A stretch of DNA of 62,884 bases, filler included, from Porpidia crustulata (lineage: Eukaryota): NCBI GenBank assembly GCA_964255105.1. It is 7 parts of 7 records of this genome, joined end to end, with 100 filler letters (N's around TTAATTAATTAA, not from the genome) between each part and the next. Parts side by side here need not be neighbours in the genome. Positions count along the whole stretch, not along the records: positions 1 to 8,910 come from CAXUWE010001028.1; positions 9,011 to 17,915 come from CAXUWE010001029.1; 5 more parts are not named here. One strand, 5' to 3'. Position numbers and translations under genes: made by a program. Shown piece by piece: positions 1 through 13,400 of the stretch. The notes below the pieces were generated by a model. That model saw nothing but the letters and a program-made list of their open reading frames with translations, was not told the origin of the DNA and made no database searches. Positions within the stretch are counted from its first letter, which is position 1. Each line of letters begins with the position of its first letter.

Positions 1-379
1 GACATTGGGTTGTGGATGGGACGATTGGGAAAGGAATACTTCGCGGGAAATTTCTTCCATTGTCGGATGTGCGAATTGGAGGGGGATTGAGAGATGAAAT
101 GGTTATTAGTGAATTGGTAGGAAGGACCTGTTTATATGAATGGTGATGCTATTAGGCAACAGAGACCGATTTGGCGAGGTTGAAGCAAGGGGTTGAGGTA
201 GAGCCCAATATTGAAAACGCACATCGCTGTTTTGCAATGATTTCATGCTGGATTATCGGCCCTTTGAACAGGACACAGTCAGCCCATTTGCAAAATAAAA
301 TTCCAGCTGTTGATACGAGTAAAGCACCTGCAAGAGGTATCATATTTGCTTGACCAAGTATCCATTCCATTTAAACCCT

Positions 380-1480
380 TTACGTATCAGCCTTTACCTT
401 CGCAATCTTCTCCTTCACCCTCTCCATCTTCTCCTCTTTGCTGGACTTTCCTTGCTTGAACTTCTTGCTCTCCTTCTTGTACTCATCCTTTGATTTCTTC
501 TCTCCCTCCTCATCATCTTTCTTAAATGGGTCTTCCCGAATAGCTTTATGCGCCTCCTGGTACAGCTCCTCCAGTCCGTCAGCCTCAATATCATCGTCAA
601 TATAGCCTTGGAATTGTGACTTGTAACGTTCCTCGTCGTCATCGGCAAGCGTCTCCATATATTCCGCAATGTGACCACCGAATATGTATTTGCGGAGAGT
701 TTCGGCGTCAAGCTCCTTGGTCTCAATATCGTAGCCGGGAAAGCGGTTTTCGGAGTGAGGGATAAGAATACCTCCGTCCGAAGCTCCTTTCATAGCACCA
801 AAGATTCGAGCTCCAGTCGAGGTTCGGGAAAGTCCAACGTCCAAGAAGCACTTGAATGGACGACGCTCTTCTCCATCAACTTCCGCAGCTTCTGTAAGCT
901 TGTATTCTCCATCCGCCTCCTCAACTCCCGTGAAATCCTTGTCCAGTCCCAGCTTCACCAAGGCCCGACGAGCAATAAGTAGTCCAGTGGAGTAGGCAGC
1001 CGCCCAGTTGGTGAGGCCATGCTTGATGCCGTAGCGCTTGAGCTCATGAGCGTAGGCACAGCAGAAAACTTTGTCGCCGGTGATTTCGGATGTGACGATT
1101 TGGATGATGATATCTCGGTTGGTAAAGCGAACGACGAGTCGGTATTTGGGGGCATTGTATTTGTTCTTGGCTTGGGTAATCAGACGCTTGCGAGCGTAGT
1201 AATCGGTTTTACCTGCGCGACGACGCTTGTATTTGGTTTGATAGCGACTGTGACGTTTCAGTAAATGTTCGGATATCGTTGAGAAAACGCTTCTGATTCT
1301 ACTTACCTATAGTATGCACTATTTTTAACCAACTTGGTGAAAGGCTAGCATCACAACGGCCAGAATCAGCAATTTGCGCTTCAGATATCAACCGAAGCTT
1401 CTTGCATGGACTCAATGGATCTCAGATTCCCAGAGGACTGGACCTAGGTGCTGGTGGCGTAGATCAAATTGACTCACCAT
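380..1480 (-). CDS. RPL5: 60S ribosomal protein L5 (uL18); exons 1480-1478, 1344-1307, 1247-380
   Basis: Spliced translation [44 protein letters not shown]...GLTNWAAAY...[11 protein letters not shown]...[11 protein letters not shown] is the characteristic uL18 sequence. It has an ATG-only first coding exon and GTGAGT/GTAAGT donors. Confidence 0.97.
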
Positions 1481-4400
1481 CTTATGTTACAGCGCCTTGC
1501 TGTTGTCCTGGATATCGTGTGGTAATCGTTGGTGTCGTGGGATTTGAAATGTTTGTGGGCGAGATTCTCGCTTACCCGATTGGTTTCGAAAGTGAATAGA
1601 TGTGACTTGGGTTGGCGACGACTTTATCTGACATATCTAAAACCCAAGGTTGCTGTAGGTATTTACTTTGTATATCCTGATGTCAGTAGATACAGCTTTG
1701 GCTTAAAGGACCATCTGTATGAGTCTATCCCAAGGCATCGGCACGGTAGACATACAGAAATGGGCATTCACTCGAGGATACAACTTTATTCTACATCTTC
1801 CCTAAGTCTCTCTTTCTATGTCAAGCTATTCTGAGGTCCTAAGTGCTGTTGCGAGCTCGCTTTAGCCAGATCAAGGACAGCTAGCATCGTAAGACATCAT
1901 TCCCAGAAATGATGCTTGACTAACACGGATCCCTTGATTTTGTTGCTCATCAAGCTTTGCCGTGTCAATTGTCGCTTCTCACTCCGAGACAATTGCGATT
2001 GGCAGTACATCTATGTATACTTTCCATGTTCCACGAAGCCTCCGGGCCTCCGGGCTATTCATAGCAGACCTTTTCACTATGCTGATCTCTATTTTCGTCT
2101 CGAACTTCTGGCTTCGGCGTAGTAGCTAACAATATTCAGGTTAATCTTTCAACTATGACTTGAGCTCGTTTCTTCCCTAGAGTACTGAATTTATCGAGAA
2201 GCGAGGCTTCTCTACCTTATCGATGATAAAATACAACACCCCCTGGTGTACCTACCGACCGTTCCTCCACAGTATTCTCTGCAGGGTTCTTGCTATTCTG
2301 TTTTTCACAGTACATGTAGAGGGGCCCGAAGCAGCAGGCGAAGAGATCCAGTGGATTGGGTGACGGTGAATAGCAAAGTTTGACCAATCTAACTTTTCAA
2401 GTCGTCCTGTGCATTACCAATATACCAAACAAACAGTATAGTGCCATGTCATTTGTTCCGTGCTGCTCAACAGCATGCACCCTTCCGTGCTGCAGAATTG
2501 ATATCATATCGAAGCTGCTCGAAGCTTTGATGTTGTCGCCTTGACCCCTCCATATTGTTGTTTGCTTGTGCAATTGCATGCACATCATCATGTCTGCAAC
2601 AGAAAGGCCCAATTAGCATGCTCCAATAAGCTCCGGGCCTGTTTGCTGATAATCCCAATGAGCGAGGTGTCGCAGGCTCCTTATTGCCTCATGAGTTACA
2701 AAGTAGATTCCACATTTTTATATGCCTTTCTTGGACCTTGGTAGCAGCCACGATGTCTTTGCCACTTGTACTTGCGTTATCAGGAAACCTTGGAAGATCG
2801 AATAACCTAACCACTATGAACTGTTTCGCAGTCCTAACGACTGATGAAATAATATTGTTGCGCTTTCTTGCAATGGTAGATGAAAAGAAGCAGCGGAGCT
2901 TCATTCGGAAACCACACATCAAGAGCCAAACGCATATTAAAATAATTTGAAGGCATTCGAGTACCTAGCTTGCAGCGATTTTTGTTCAATAGCTGGAACG
3001 GTCATCTTACCTCCCACCATAGTATCTACTAGCCATCGAGAAGTCTCACACTGGGTCAGTATGCCTGGAAATGCCTTGTTGATAAGTAGGGTCGACGGCG
3101 TTCTGACTACTTTTACTGGCTCACTTCAAAGCTCTTTATAGTACCAAAGTTGGGGTTTAAGTTGGGGGCTGGCAACTGTTGCTCATCTCGTTAAACGGTT
3201 AGAGGCATCTTCGACGTCGCAGTTATATACCATAATAAAAGAACTTTCGGATGTTTGTTGGCACTAGGACGGATGAAGGTAGGACAGCTCATCGTATCAG
3301 GTTATCTGTTGCGGCGTAGAGTATGGAGCCGCCATCTAAATCTGAAAACGTTCTATCTGCGGGATCTAGAAGCGCACCATCCTTCTTCCAGGCCTGCATA
3401 TCGACGGTGGAGGGCAGTCGTAATAACCTAGCCTGCCGGGGATATGGCCTAAACGGCACAGCAGGTGAGCAGTAATGATACCCCTCGCTGCGCCGTACCC
3501 AATCAAATAGCACAATAGACCATCAAATCCACATTTTACCGACAACGCGGACGAGATCTGTACCTAGCGAGGCTGACGAGGTAACACCAGTGACAAGCTC
3601 CAGCTCCAACTCGAAGTTCCATGGTGTCAGACTGCGTTCAGGGCTAGAGTGGAGGGAGAGCGTTCGAAGTTTGATTGCTTGGGGTCACACGACTCAGCGA
3701 GCTGCGACATTGTCATCCCACCTTAAATCTCGTATGTTGTAGCCACGATGTCTGAATGACGGACATCCCATTACGTCTCTGCACTCCAATACTGACACGC
3801 CCATTGGTATAATGCTCCGACTCAAGGAGGATGGCCGAACTTCCCGTATTGACCAAAGCTCCACAACGGACGGCGGACAGGATGATCTGTGAACGACACC
3901 ATGGCCAATCAGAGTAATATCGCACATGGCCGACTTATAGTAGGTGCTAGCGATGGGGCGACCGGCGGTGACAAGTAAAGCGTTCCATGTCACCATGTGC
4001 TTTCTCGGCAGGAAAGCCTAAGATAAGCATGGGCGGACTGCAAAGTCTGCCTACCATTCCCATTATTGGTGCCCTCTGGCACAATGTGCCAACGCAATCT
4101 TGATCAATCGATCGCTACCTAGTGAGTGGGTGATTGTGATCTGCTCGTTCGACTGGCTGCAGAGCTTCCTGAGTTCTAGACGAGAAAAGCAAACAGTTGG
4201 AATCCGCTGAAGCCATGAGGCAGACCTGACCTGCCATATTCAAACTTAGTGGAAAAGTCTTGGTTGCAACCACTGCATCATGCACCATACGTACTCCGTC
4301 TCCTTATCCCGGCCCGCCGCCCGGGTCTTTCATGCTTGCACTTGCTCACCTTAGTGATTCGACCGATCCATTAGGGTTGCGAGTTGAGACTCAGGCGTTC

Positions 4401-4766
4401 TCCTGTTGGTACTGACTAGTACCAATCTGGACAGAGGTACGCTGAACCGAGATCTCAACTCCTCGTATAAAGTGACCCGTGGCTTCTACAAATTCAATAC
4501 AGTTGCCGTCATTCGAATCTCAAGTGCGATCTGGAGGAAGAGTTTGTACCTTGGTTCACAAGGTGGCGATTCCACCTTTGAATTCACTCACTCACCCACT
4601 CAACGCAATCCCTTATCTTCCTGGCAGTCATCTCGGGTGATAAGGCTCGTAAGTCTGGGGGTACTCTCGGGCTTATTATTACGCCCCACCTCCCTCTTAA
4701 TTCCCAACTTTCATCTTTTATTGCTTGAATTTTGAGAAACATCTGTTCCCTCGGGACTACGGCGAG

Positions 4767-6584
4767 ATGGAGAGCAAAGAACAGTACAATGTCACTCCAG
4801 CAGGAAAATATAGCAATGAATCTCCTCCTTACGACGACATGGCCAGGGTGGTCGACGAGAAGGGGGTCCGAATGGGTGAGGCAGCGGACATGTACGGTGA
4901 TCTGGCCACCGCTGAAGAATATGGTTATGTGACTCGTGGGTAAGTCAAGATGCGAGTCTTCTGGATGATGGCAGACTGGTTGGCTAATCCCGTGCCTCAG
5001 TCTTAAATCTCGTCACATTCAATTCATCGCACTGGGTGGTACCATCGGTACTGGTCTGTTTCTGGGCATCGGTCGGGCTTTCACGCAAGCAGGACCTCTC
5101 AGTCTCTTGCTCGGCTACACTTTCACTGGTGTGGCTGTTTACGCTATGGTATGGTCTCTCGCGCGCTCGTTCTAAATGATTGACTAATCCGCCATTCTCA
5201 GATGCAATCACTTGGAGAAATGGCTACATGGTTACCTCTCCCTGGTGCCATCCCGCAATTCTGTGCACGCTATTGCGATGGAGCTATGGGTTTTGCCGTC
5301 GGATGGAACAATTGGTATCAATCTGCGATCACTCTCTGCGCTGAGATCTCTGCTGCCTCGGTTGTCATCCAGTACTGGAACGGGGCAAAGGGCATTAACG
5401 TCGCAGCATGGATCTCCATTATCATTGTGATTGTTGTCTGTCTTAACATTTTCGCTGTTCAGATCTATGGGGAAGCCGAGTTCTGTTTCGCCAGTATCAA
5501 GATCCTCACCATTGTTGGTCTCCTGATCTTTGCATTTATTATCGATCTCGGCGGAGGACCTACTCACGACCGTCTTGGATTCCGCTACTGGAAACACCCC
5601 GGCGCAATGAAGGAGTACATCGCGACTGGTTCTGAAGGTCGCTTCCTCGGTCTGTTCTCAACCCTGATCAACGCTGCCTTTGCCTATGGTGGTGTGGAGA
5701 TGGTTGCTGTTGCAGCTGGTGAGGCCGAGAATCCAAGGCACAACATCCCCAAGGCCGTCCGCCGTGTATTCTGGCGCATCCTGTTCTTTTACGTCCTAGG
5801 TACATTGGCAATTGGGGTGCTTATCCCTTACAACGAGCCAAACTTGCTTCACGCAATCAAGGAGCACTCTGCCGGTGCCGCTGCTTCGCCATGGGTCATC
5901 GCCGTCTACCGAGCCGGTGTGCCGGCATTGCCGTCAATCATCAACGCCGTCATCTTGACTTCAGCCACCTCGTCCGCGAACGCCTTCCTTTACACTGGAT
6001 CCCGCTACATGTACGCCCTTGCCCAGAACGGCCAGGCCCCGAAAGTTCTCCTCAAGTGCTCCAAGGCCGGTGTCCCCTACTACTGTGTCCTCATCACCGC
6101 CTCCGTCTCCCTCCTCACCTACCTCTCCGCTGGCTCTTCTGGTGCTTCCACTGCCTTCACCTGGTTCCAAAACCTCGTGACGATCGCCAATCTCTTCACC
6201 TGGATGTCTATCTGCATTGCTTACATCCAATTTAACAAGGCTCTCAAAGCTCAGGGAGTTGATCGCAATACCCTTATTTTCAGATCTCCCTTCCAGCCCT
6301 ACCTGGCTTGGATCGCCTTTGCCTTCTTCGCCATGGTTACCTTCTTTAATGGTTTCGATATCTTCAAACCCTTCAGCGTCAACGACTTCATCACGGATTA
6401 CATCGGCGTCCCGATCTACTTCGGGCTGTACGCGTTCTGGAAAATCTTCAAGAAAACCAAGTGGGTGAGCCCTGCCGAGGCGGATATCACGACAGGCAAG
6501 GCGGCACTGGATGCGGCAGATGCGCATTGGCCCGAGCGGCACCCACGGAACGTCTTCGAGAAGATATGGTTTTGGATTGCATAG
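4767..6584 (+). CDS. Amino-acid permease, APC/YAT family (proline/general permease-like); exons 4767-4939, 5001-5148, 5202-6584
   Basis: LKSRHIQFIALGGTIGTGLF N-terminal signature, GEAEF, AAGEAENP and AVRRVFWRI motifs, many hydrophobic segments, canonical introns. Confidence 0.93.
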
Positions 6585-6992
6585 GCGGAGAGCGAGCTCG
6601 CTTACTGAGCCCGGGAGTTTGTTTTCTTTACTTGTACAGAATGGGGGGAAATTCCAGGAAGAGCGGAATATTATGGCTTACTTATCCCATAGCTTGGGCG
6701 CTGTCGAGAGCCTCGTGTATCTACATCGAGGCCGAAAATTGATTAATCTCATCCTGCTTATGACCTTGCGGTGAAATTGTTGTTTGTCTGCAGAGCGTAA
6801 ATACTGTTGTCTCGTACAAACTTCACGCCGAATGTAATTAGAGGTTGTCGATCCCCATTCCCCTATGTTCCGTACCTTCTTACCCTCAACCTATATGCTC
6901 AGTCTCATTTTCATGAATTTCCACCTTCACCGCGGCTCATTTCCAGAATCTTCCTTCCTGCACCTTAATACACTGCAACGCCCTCCAGCAAT

Positions 6993-7018
6993 AGACTCTC
7001 AACCCAGACTCTCAACCC
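6993..7018 (+). repeat. Perfect 13-bp tandem duplication (AGACTCTCAACCC x2)
   Basis: Copies at 6993-7005 and 7006-7018, read directly. Confidence 0.85.
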
Positions 7019-7285
7019 GTTGTTCGATATCTCAACGCTATAAACAGCGTCAAATTGCCGTAACAATGCGTGACTTCGGTCCCATAATCGTAGACTACTT
7101 GAGGCATCCGGAACTGTCTCTTTCCCCAAGTCCAAGCATTATCCCAGTAGTATACAAACGTATAATGATCACTGTAATGGTCTGAATGGGCTTTCACATC
7201 GGTCCATGACCCACTGGGAATCTCCGTGACCACTTCCTGACCAACAATTCTCAATTTCTTCGTAGGAAAGATTGTGACTGGATGA

Positions 7286-7343
7286 TCTGGCTTTAGGGAG
7301 ATCAGAAGCAACCAGACGCGCTAACCAGTTGCGCCACGGAAGC
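7286..7343 (-). pseudogene. tRNA-like 5' half (acceptor 5' strand, D-arm, anticodon stem); no recognisable T-arm or B-box
   Basis: Minus strand reads GCTTCCG-TG-GCGC-AACTGGTTA-GCGC-G-TCTGG...CCAGA, giving an A-box TGGCGCAACTGG, a 4-bp D-stem and a TCTGG/CCAGA stem. No GTTCRA was found downstream. Isotype not assignable. Confidence 0.55.
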
Positions 7344-7668
7344 TGCTGTTCATGCAGAAGAGGCGGCTATGATAATGTATGTAAATTGTGGATTTTGTCG
7401 ACCTACGGAAGATAATAAACCACTACGCAGACTTCCCTGATATGGAGTGTGTGGTGCATACCAGCAGGGTTGATAAGGTTCAAAAGCGAACACTTGCTGT
7501 TGAACCCCCGAGGCGAAGATCAACTCTGGAGGGGTTCCTGAGTGCGGGGAATACAGAAGTCTTAAATGCATGTATATACTCCATGCTAAATCTCATGCTA
7601 TTAACGATGTTTCCTTCTACTTATCCATAGAGTCATTCTACTATCTCATACTCTTCCATCTCGAAAAG

Positions 7669-8862
7669 ATGGCTTCGTCTTCGCCCTCGCCACCAATTCT
7701 GCTCTCGCCATGGGAAAAACTTACTTTAGCGGCAGTCTGTCTTCGTGCTGGTGATTCTTCAACGAGCTGTTGTCACTCACTCGATGCTAATACAAAAAGT
7801 GCACGCCGGATTCTGGGCTGCTGTTCTTGGACCGTTCCGTGGCAAGGCCGGAGCCTTCAGCTACAAGACCCATGTTATTGTGAGAATAAAATTATGGCTA
7901 TTTAGAGAAAAGGGAATGGAGACTCAACCGCTTGATAGCTCGCGATGATCAGGGCTCTCTTGGGTCATGGCTCAGTCCGCCAGCTTCAGTATTGATCTCC
8001 AAAAGTGTGAGAGTTGCGCCTGGAACCACTGACCCCAGGGCCTCAGATACATCGCACCTCCCATTACCAAAGTATACGAAGATTGTGCAAAAGCACACGG
8101 CTTCTCTCAAGACTCTGTGACCTTAGCAGACGGCACAAAGGCGTACTGGATCGGTAGCTCCAGCGCTTCGAAAATCGTCATCTGGTGTCATGGTTCGCCC
8201 TCCTTTTCCTCCCTCAATCCTCCGAACTCCCTAGCCTACCTACCCAATCGAAAAGCAACTAACTCCCGCCCCCAAAATCCCCAGGTGGCGGCTATAACCT
8301 CCCTGCCTCCCCCGGCCACTTCGACTTCACAGCCCTCATCAACTCCACCACCGGCCCCGACGTCGCCGTCCTCTTCCTCGCCTACACCCTCGCACCACAC
8401 GCCTGCTACCCGCGCCAACTGATTCAAGGCGTTGAGCTCCTACGCCACGTGCTCACCGACCTGGACCGTAAGCCCGCGCACATCATGATCGGCGGCGACT
8501 CCGCCGGGGCGAACCTCACCCTCGGCATCCTATCGCACCTGTCCCACCCGCACCCGGCCATCGCGCCGTTGGAGCTCCGTGCGCCGCTGCGGGGGATCGT
8601 GCTGCTGGCGCCGTGGACGAGTTTCGACCCGGGGGCGTGGGCGAGCGTGGAGAAGAACAGGTACAAGGATTGCGTGACGCCGGTGTCGTCGAACTTGTGG
8701 AGCGAGAACTTCCTGGGGGGCGCGCCGAGGGACGAGTACAACGAGCCGATCACGGCGGATGCGGAGTGGTGGCAGGGAATAAAGGCGGAGGAGGTGTTGG
8801 TGGTTTGTGGGGGGGATGAGCTTTTGGTGGATTCGATCAAGGTGTTTGCTGGGAAGATGAAG
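7669..8862 (+). CDS. Alpha/beta hydrolase, HSL-like/Say1-Mug180 steryl acetyl hydrolase-like; multi-exon, 3' end truncated by the contig end
   Basis: Spliced IVIWCHG|GGY oxyanion motif (HGGG), YTLAP and GGDSAGANL nucleophile elbow. The last visible donor is GTAAGT at 8863. Confidence 0.85.
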
Positions 8863-8910
8863 GTAAGTGATTATCTACTTGGAATCACATCCTTTTGCAC
8901 ACCAAACACC

Positions 8911-9010
8911 NNNNNNNNNNNNNNNNNNNNNNNNNNNNNNNNNNNNNNNNNNNNTTAATTAATTAANNNNNNNNNNNNNNNNNNNNNNNNNNNNNNNNNN
9001 NNNNNNNNNN
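8911..9010. other. Artificial contig spacer (N44-TTAATTAATTAA-N44)
   Basis: Identical 100-nt linker with stops in all six frames at every junction. Confidence 0.99.
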
Positions 9011-9181
9011 GTGGGGAGGTAGTGAGGCTGTGAAGAAAAGGGAGTGTATAGGTAGGGTGAGGTGAGAGCAGTAGGACGTGAAAAGGCAAAATACAAATGA
9101 CAGAGAAGACATACCACGAGCTTCCTTAGGCTGAGGCACCTCAGCGGGCGCAACAGTAGTGATTGGAGTAGCCGGTTGCAT
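9011..9181 (-). CDS. 5' fragment of an unidentified gene (MQPATPITTVAPAEVPQPKEAR...), truncated by the contig end
   Basis: AAAATG start at 9181, GTATGT donor at 9114 and a pyrimidine-rich intron ending in CACAG. Too short to identify. Confidence 0.45.
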
Positions 9182-10465
9182 TTTGGCTTTTTGACCGAAG
9201 ATTTGTATTTCGGAATTCGATTTCAAAGTGAGGATTTTGTCAGAGTGAGTTTGGAATTTTCTAAGTTGTATCGAGCGTCAGTCAGTAGGTGTAGATAAAC
9301 GCGAGAGACGATGATAGTACGGTACAGAAGATATACCCCAGCCTGCTGAAGCTCAGGTCATGTGCGTGGATGGGCGACTTACCTTGTGAGTTTACTTTTT
9401 GCTGTGCAGGATTTGATGAAAAGTTGGAGGATTGGCGTTTGTAGAAGAAAAATGTTGAGCGCTGGAAACGGTGGAATTTAAGGTGGGCGCTGCAACAAAG
9501 GAAGGCTATTATGCTAGCGTCGCCTTTGATACAATGCTCACTTTCGCGTGCCCTTTACGTTGTATGGCGGTATCAGTGAAGATTGTGGGTTTGATATTCT
9601 GGTCTTGACGTGATTGGAGGATTGGGATGGGAGTTCTTTGTTCGAGTAGTTAGGGCTTAGTGTTGTTGATTTGGATGAAAGCAGTTGAATTGTGACTGAG
9701 GATGGGAGGCGAGTTGAGGTGATACTGGCGAGGGTAGTGACGTAGACGGGCTTGAATGAGATGGGAGATTTTTTGTGTGAATGAAGTGCAGCAAGAAATA
9801 CCTATGGAGGTAGATAAGGTAAATTTAAAATAGGTAGGAAAATCGGAAATTGGTGGTTCTGACAGTATACGTTTACATACAGACATTTACAGAGAACACC
9901 TGGGGCTTTAAATTTGAGATATGTGGTAATGGAATGGGATAAGGCATAGTAAATGCATTAGTCAATTTTTAAGAACTCGTTGATTGTAGGAGACTAGGAG
10001 AAATTGAATTCTACTTGACCACAACAGAAATACGATAGAACACACGAGTTGCTCAACTTGAGACGACCTCTTTCAACTGTGGGCCGTGACATTTACTTCC
10101 ACGTATGAGAGATCGCAGACCTGGAACATGACGAATTTAGCAGTGACAGCAACGCCTATTGGGCTCAGAGGCTCGCCAATCTAACATATCAGTCAAGTTT
10201 TGCAGTGAGGCGCCAGACTTTGCTCGAGATTGTAGCCCACCTGTCATAGGTAAAAGGACGTTGTATGACTGTAAAGAATGATAACGAATGAGAGGTCGTG
10301 GACAGGTACTGAGTGACGTTCAAAGAATTTTATACCGCCCGATCCGGCTAGCGTGCATTTGGGCTTACTGTTGTGCTCTTAGTATTGTTCCCACATTCAA
10401 CAAAGAATCGAGACGCCGAATTATTCAAAAGCTCGTACACTACGCTTACCATATAATTACCATCA

Positions 10466-13400
10466 TCAAGTGTAAACCTCCTCGGTAAATGCGTTCAAGC
10501 TGATGCCCTCTTTCGCAATGTCCTCTTTGAACAAGAACTTGAGCGGCATCTCCACCAACGTTCCCTTGATCGTGCTCAACAAATCCTTGAGTTCACGGAC
10601 ACCTTGTTCGCCGGGGGGAAAGTTCTCCTCGACTACATGACCCCACTGGTACTTTGCTGGCTTCTTCTTCTTCGTCTTCCCTTCTGCTTCTTCATCGGCT
10701 TCGTGGAAGTATTGCTCATAAAACGTTCCGTAGTCTTTCCACGTAAGTACATTGTCATGGGGTACGGGATGGAAGATTCTTCCAAAAGCTTCGGTATTGG
10801 TTCGTGCTCTAGAGTTCCAGAAATTGAGGAAATTCTCCGAGAGCGGATCCGCTACCGCTTGGTCTTCTGCAGAGTTGGAGTCATACATGTTGGGTACACC
10901 AACGGGTTCGTAGTTCTGATCCGGACGTTCCATGTCTTGAGCCGGGACCAGGCCAAGATGCTTCCGGCATAATTGTCTCCGAAGAGTGGCTGCAAATTTA
11001 GCTGCTCGATAAGGCTGCCCATTCATAAAGGAATCAACGCCCGCAGGGTCCTCTACGATAATCGCAATCTCAGAATCATGATCTCCGAGTTGGGAGCGAT
11101 CGTTGAGATTAGCAGAGCCACAAAGGACCACTCGATCATCCGCAATCAAGACCTACGATGGTCAGTCGAATGCAATATCTTCAGACTGCAATACTTGCCT
11201 TCGAATGAACGTAAAGCTCTTCGCTAACAAAAGCTTTGATTTCCGGCATGTCCCCAGTCTGCCATGGGACTTGACGAATATCAGTCCCTCCAAGCATATA
11301 GCACTCACTCACAGTATCCCATCGGCCACTTCCAAGTCCTTGTCGTTGATCCATACCAGTGGTACCTTGTTGGAATTGCTGGTATTTCTGACTTGCCAAT
11401 GGGTTATTACTATCGTCGCCACCACCATCTCCAGGAAAGACTGTCGGGAGTTCTACAGCATTGTCGTGCTCGCGCCTTGCATCCTCATAATCAACACCAC
11501 TCCTCTGTTCCGCGTCATGCATCGAGGCGCTATTGTTAATGCGATCGTAATTCCTCAAATTGTAGAAACGAATGTACTCTTCGGGATTGTAGCCTTCCTT
11601 TGCGATCATCTCCATGATACTGTAGCCGCCACGGTTGATGGAATTGTACTGAAATTCCATAATCGCCCGAGTTCCTAAACTGGAATCGTCCTTGAGATCC
11701 CCAGCAAACGCTGGAATAGCCGGCATTATGATGATGACCTTGTACTTTTGGCCGTTTCTGGCGGCACGAACAATTCTCTCGACGATGGCGGCACCGATTT
11801 TATTCTTGACTGGCTTTTGTGCATCAGACGTTGCTGTGATAAAGAACTGATTCTCTATGTAAACAAAGTGCTGACTATTTTGGATGATGCTGATGTATGC
11901 ATTCGCAATAGAGTGTTCGGTTTTGACACCGTGAGACCATTTAGTACAGCTTCTGACAATCTGGCAAGGTATGCCGGCATCTTGGAAGCTACCATGCAAT
12001 TGGCTCGTGTGGTCATTCCCGCTAAGGTACTGGTCTTGTACATATCGCATACCATCCTCAACACGTCCTCGTATAGTACCAGCTACCCCAGTTAAATTAG
12101 CTGCTTCGTTCTCTAGCTGTTGACGATGGTGGTGGTGGCCTCCAGGGACTGCACCGGAAGATTGAGAACCCCGTGCAGAGGTGTTCTCTTCAAACGGATC
12201 AACGCTACGATCAGAAATTGGTGGTGGAGGGAAATATGGGGCTTGGTTTGGAGGAGCATTCGTAGCAAAGGATTGTGATGGATAAGATTGATTGGGACGA
12301 CCTGATGGAGGCCCTGGAATATTAGACGACTGTTGATATGGCGGGCTCTGGCCTTGACCGTACCCGGGCACTTGTGCAGGATGTTGATGGGGAGGGATTG
12401 AACCTGCCTCGTTCTGCCTGAACGTAATTCTCGAGTATCTGGCGTCCTTTCGTACGGTATACTTCTCATCGTAGATGAAATTCCATCTCTCGGTAAAATG
12501 TGCTCTCAGATCTTCAACGACGGGGCCATGAAGACTAATAGAAACATCAGACCAGCCCATTCGTGAACTATCTTTACGATCCAATTTGTTGTCTTCCCAA
12601 TGTGCGACATCCTGAAAATCCATGATTCTCGCATTGTTAAAGTCTTGTCCAGGAAATACAATATCATCGAGATTGCTGGGATGAGCATCTGCGAGCGGAT
12701 GCTGATTTGAGTCCCATCGTCCGTAACAAAGGTCAAGTCCCCCCATAAAGGCAATGCTTCCATCGATGAGGCATAATTTCTCATGATGCGCCCAGTACAG
12801 TATGATGTCCTCGTTCACGCCATAGAGGGCTTTGATAGCATCCTGGGGAAGACTGGCAACAGTCTTTGCGTTTAGAGACATATTCCGCAATGAGGATATG
12901 AAAGATGACTCAAAGGTTTGCGCGTCAGGGAGGTGGTCTGGATGACGAAACACTGCTATATTTGGATGAAGAGCTTCCAGTGCGTGCTTGGTATGGACCG
13001 ACGAAACTGTCATCGTGGTAATCAGTGGATTCTCCGCTTCAAGATGTTCAAGAGATGCAAATGTTGCAGCGACACCCAAATGACTCAAAGCCTTGGTAAA
13101 AGGGTCTAGGTCATGGGGAAGAAGGGAGTGAACATATTTTGGTAATGTAGGAGTAAGGTACTTACGCGTAAGAGCTTGTTCGACTTCTTTGTAAACTATG
13201 ATATTGACTTTGACTCCACGTTGAGCGGCTGCTTGTAACATACGATCAATTCGATATTGCTCGTTCCTTGAAGGAGGTCTTCGTAGGTAGAGCTCAGGAG
13301 AAAGCCACCCTACCTGATTAGATCTAGATTTCGATCTTTTGCAAAGAATACTTACAGTCAAGGATCCAGATTGATTCTCGTGCTTGTTCCAAGGCTCTCG

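Noticed and set aside
5961..6542. Long antisense or alternative-frame ORFs over GC-rich exons (also 8424-8840, 26221-26688, 27142-27600, 61526-62017)
   Set aside because: These are shadow ORFs caused by codon bias of the real genes on the opposite strand or frame.
8911..9010. Repeated TTAATTAATTAA motif flanked by Ns at ~9-kb intervals, superficially like a regularly spaced repeat array
   Set aside because: All six copies are identical 100-nt linkers with six-frame stops, and the flanking contigs are length-sorted. This is a concatenation artefact, and ORFs containing X runs are artefacts too.
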